Origin: Candidatus Thorarchaeota archaeon
GTDB taxonomy: Archaea; Asgardarchaeota; Thorarchaeia; Thorarchaeales; Thorarchaeaceae
Assembly (NCBI GenBank): GCA_048884965.1
Contig: JBHLQH010000050.1
Coordinates: forward strand, 1 to 18,058
Direction of reading: 5' to 3'
Length of the DNA stretch: 18,058 bases
This document shows, piece after piece, positions 15,852 through 18,058 of the stretch. The position numbers and the translations under genes were made by a program. Positions within the stretch are counted from its first letter, which is position 1. Each line of letters starts with the position of its first letter. A model generated the notes under the pieces. That model did not search any database, was not told the origin of the DNA, and saw only the letters and a program-made list of their open reading frames with translations.

Positions 15852-16844
15852 TTAGTAGCCCAGCTCCGAAAGCGCCTGTAGAATCTCATCGTCTGCTACA
15901 TTACAGTGCTTCAATACTGAGTATCGCTCTCTCTTGTTCATAATCTTCAACGCATGATGGATGTCATCTAAGAACATGTCCTTGGACATGTCAAGATCCT
16001 TCAGAGTCACCGGTATCCCATGCTTTCGGATGAATTCCTTGATTTCTTTGGAGCCATGCTCTGCATACCCAGCCTTTTCAAGAAAGAACAGGCTCAATGG
16101 TGTAGCGAAAGCCACCTGAATCCCATGAAGGCTTTGCATTCGTCGGTCCATCGCGTGGGAGATGGCATGCTCTGTTCCCGAGCAGGGTCTTGAGCTACCA
16201 AAAGCTGTCATGGCATTTCCCGTGTCTATGACCGACCTTACTAAGGTTTCAAGGTCGTCACTCCGAATCACGGACTCTAACGATCTGCTCACGATCTCAT
16301 AGACTTCTTTGTCAAGGGGTTCCCCAGCATGCTCATGTGCCAATCGCCATTCCGCGAGGCTAGATGTCTTAGAGATGATGTCCCCAATCCCAGATTTTGT
16401 CAGGATTCTTGGAGCGGTTGCCATTATACTGAGGTCAGCTAGTATCACTTTGGGCTGCTTGCATTTGGCTGAGTATCTGTAGCTATTATGCATGATTGAT
16501 GCTACATCACTTGCAATCCCATCATGGGATGCAGCAGTAGGAACCGAGATCCAGTCCAATCCTGCCTCATTGGCAAAGATCTTTGCTAGATCAATGCTCT
16601 TACCTCCGCCAAAGCCAATGATGATATCGACATCGGAGAAGCTTGAAACCAATCCCTTCTTGTGATCAGGAGAAATGGACCAGATCACATCAGCATCCAC
16701 AAGGTCTTCGACTAATTGACTATACTTGTCAAAGATCATGACATCTGTAACAATGAGAGGTCTCTTGTAATCCTCAAGAACTCTATTGAGCTGATGTATC
16801 GCATCCTCTGCAATAACAACTTTTATCGAACACTCAGAGGACAT
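15852..16844 (-). CDS. egsA: sn-glycerol-1-phosphate dehydrogenase
   Basis: GFGGGKSIDLAK, SVPTAASHDGIAS, SSRPCSGTEHAISHA and HGIQV motifs of G1PDH. Confidence 0.92.
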   Translation of the reverse strand: MSSECSIKVVIAEDAIHQLNRVLEDYKRPLIVTDVMIFDKYSQLVEDLVDADVIWSISPDHKKGLVSSFSDVDIIIGFGGGKSIDLAKIFANEAGLDWISVPTAASHDGIASDVASIMHNSYRYSAKCKQPKVILADLSIMATAPRILTKSGIGDIISKTSSLAEWRLAHEHAGEPLDKEVYEIVSRSLESVIRSDDLETLVRSVIDTGNAMTAFGSSRPCSGTEHAISHAMDRRMQSLHGIQVAFATPLSLFFLEKAGYAEHGSKEIKEFIRKHGIPVTLKDLDMSKDMFLDDIHHALKIMNKRERYSVLKHCNVADDEILQALSELGY

Positions 16845-16947
16845 TCTATCAGCTCCTGTTTTGCCGGACTCATTGCCCTGTTAAGGACTTCTATCTCGCT
16901 ATCATTCCTTTAAACCCATCCGATAGGGTTGCTCTACGATAAAAGTC

Positions 16948-17775
16948 TCAGATTGCGCTAGCATATGCGAGTTTCCCTTTATGTTCCACTATCTCGACGC
17001 ATCTTGCATCACTCTGTAGATCCTCGAGAAAATCAGTGACCGCTTTCCTGACATGGCTTACGGTCAAGGTGCCCTCCGTTCTCTGCATCGCATTCGGCAC
17101 ATATGCATCAGTGAGAAGACTCATTGAGTCCCTTCCAAAACTCATGATATCTCCGAACATCTCAACCCCCATCACTACATTGTCGATGGTCACAATCATT
17201 CCAATCTGCTTGTCCCATCTGCCGAACCTAGCCGCTCGCATACTGAACTGACCTCTGAAAGATTCATAAATCGCTCCTAATGCTCCTGTCTGAGATGAAA
17301 TGCCCCAGAGATTCAGTAGTTCTGCAACGTGACCCCATACTTGGTTCTGATTTGCTCCACTCAGAATCAGCCTTCTGAGTGACACTGGAACGTTCACGTG
17401 GATCCAGCCTTTGTTCGAAGGAGTCCATCTACCTGCCTCAATGCAGAAGACATCGACACTTCTTCTAACATCGATTATCGTACTCTCTCTCACGACTCGG
17501 TCCTGTTTGCCGCCACCAAGGACAGCTTCTCCCGCACGGATTAGAATTGACTGGTCTGTATTGAAGACGAGACTGGGTACATTTCCAGTCTCGTCTATTG
17601 TGAGCTTCTGGAGATCTAGAGATAGATCAAAAGATAGAAGCTCACGTTGAAGCTCAGCATTAGCATCAACAAGTCCTGATATGGCCATGTTTCCAGAGAT
17701 GTGTGGCTCTGTGATAGTACAACCTTCGATGAGCCGAATTAGATCAGCTGAACTTCTAGCCCTCAGTTCGTTCAC
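16948..17775 (-). CDS. ARPP-1 (DUF6569)-family domain protein
   Basis: GE.VLGGGKQDRV, VFCIEAGRW, NQNQVW..V and QIG...ID..V.G.E.F motifs. Start probably GTG 17775 because a TTTTTATA box lies at about 17822-17829; the frame is open to 17865. Confidence 0.78.
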   Translation of the reverse strand: MNELRARSSADLIRLIEGCTITEPHISGNMAISGLVDANAELQRELLSFDLSLDLQKLTIDETGNVPSLVFNTDQSILIRAGEAVLGGGKQDRVVRESTIIDVRRSVDVFCIEAGRWTPSNKGWIHVNVPVSLRRLILSGANQNQVWGHVAELLNLWGISSQTGALGAIYESFRGQFSMRAARFGRWDKQIGMIVTIDNVVMGVEMFGDIMSFGRDSMSLLTDAYVPNAMQRTEGTLTVSHVRKAVTDFLEDLQSDARCVEIVEHKGKLAYASAI

Positions 17776-17984
17776 CCCTATGAACGGAGGATAACTCCAC
17801 GAATATGTACCATCGCTATAGTATAAAAAGACCCAGAAACCGCCAATTGCTAGTATGCTTAGCACTGTTTAAGTAGGTCTTTTTCAGGCGCGGTCTTGAC
17901 ACCTAGTTAGTGTTTCACAGGTAATACATCATATAAAATTCCGACACTACCACGATTCTATTAGGATTTGAGGAGTCAATTCAT

Positions 17985-18058
17985 ATGACGCAATACGTCA
18001 AAGTAGCTCTCATGGGATCAGGTTATGCAGGCAAGTCGACACTCATCAAGTTGTTGAC
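17985..18058 (+). CDS. Small Ras-superfamily-like GTPase, N-terminal fragment (runs off the window)
   Basis: Not in the ORF track: SD GAGGAG, then ATG at 17985 giving MTQYVKVALMGSGYAGKSTLIKLL, a beta1 strand plus GxxxxGKST P-loop. Confidence 0.8.
   Translation, partial: MTQYVKVALMGSGYAGKSTLIKLL

Noticed and set aside
422-17650. Remaining short antisense or alternate-frame ORFs inside tuf, the kinase, lrp, infB, ndk, the ribosomal genes, egsA and ARPP
   Set aside because: They are shadows of well-supported genes and have no recognisable motifs.
1-18058. CRISPR array, integrase or transposase, or att duplication of the tRNA-Ser or SRP 3' ends
   Set aside because: No regularly spaced repeats, recombinase motifs or duplicated RNA 3' ends were found by eye.

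Overview
Archaeal chromosomal window, most likely from an Asgard archaeon (Thorarchaeia-like; inferred from gene content and style, not from a search). The two ends are housekeeping. Left: the 3' part of EF-1alpha. Right: egsA, rpl7ae-rps28e-rpl24e, an inverted and C-terminally extended ndk, aIF5B and an SRP RNA, then an ARPP-1/DUF6569 gene and the start of a small GTPase. The middle (about 1.0-11.9 kb) is accessory: a DUF998 protein, an orphan 3xPAS histidine kinase, a DinB-family protein, several small membrane proteins, an intron-containing tRNA-Ser(GCT) and two candidate undescribed regulatory modules. Module (i) is a tandem Lrp/AsnC regulator divergent from a 71-aa protein whose ~185-nt leader folds into a long rod with a competing alternative fold. 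Module (ii) is an AT-rich pair: a membrane-tethered winged-helix regulator and a His/Met-rich surface protein whose promoter has four ACTATA half-sites phased at exactly 25 bp. Other non-coding signals are a K-turn over the rpl7ae ribosome-binding site, a URRC (UGGC) loop in SRP helix 8, and five hairpin plus U-tract terminators. No CRISPR array, integrase or transposase was seen.
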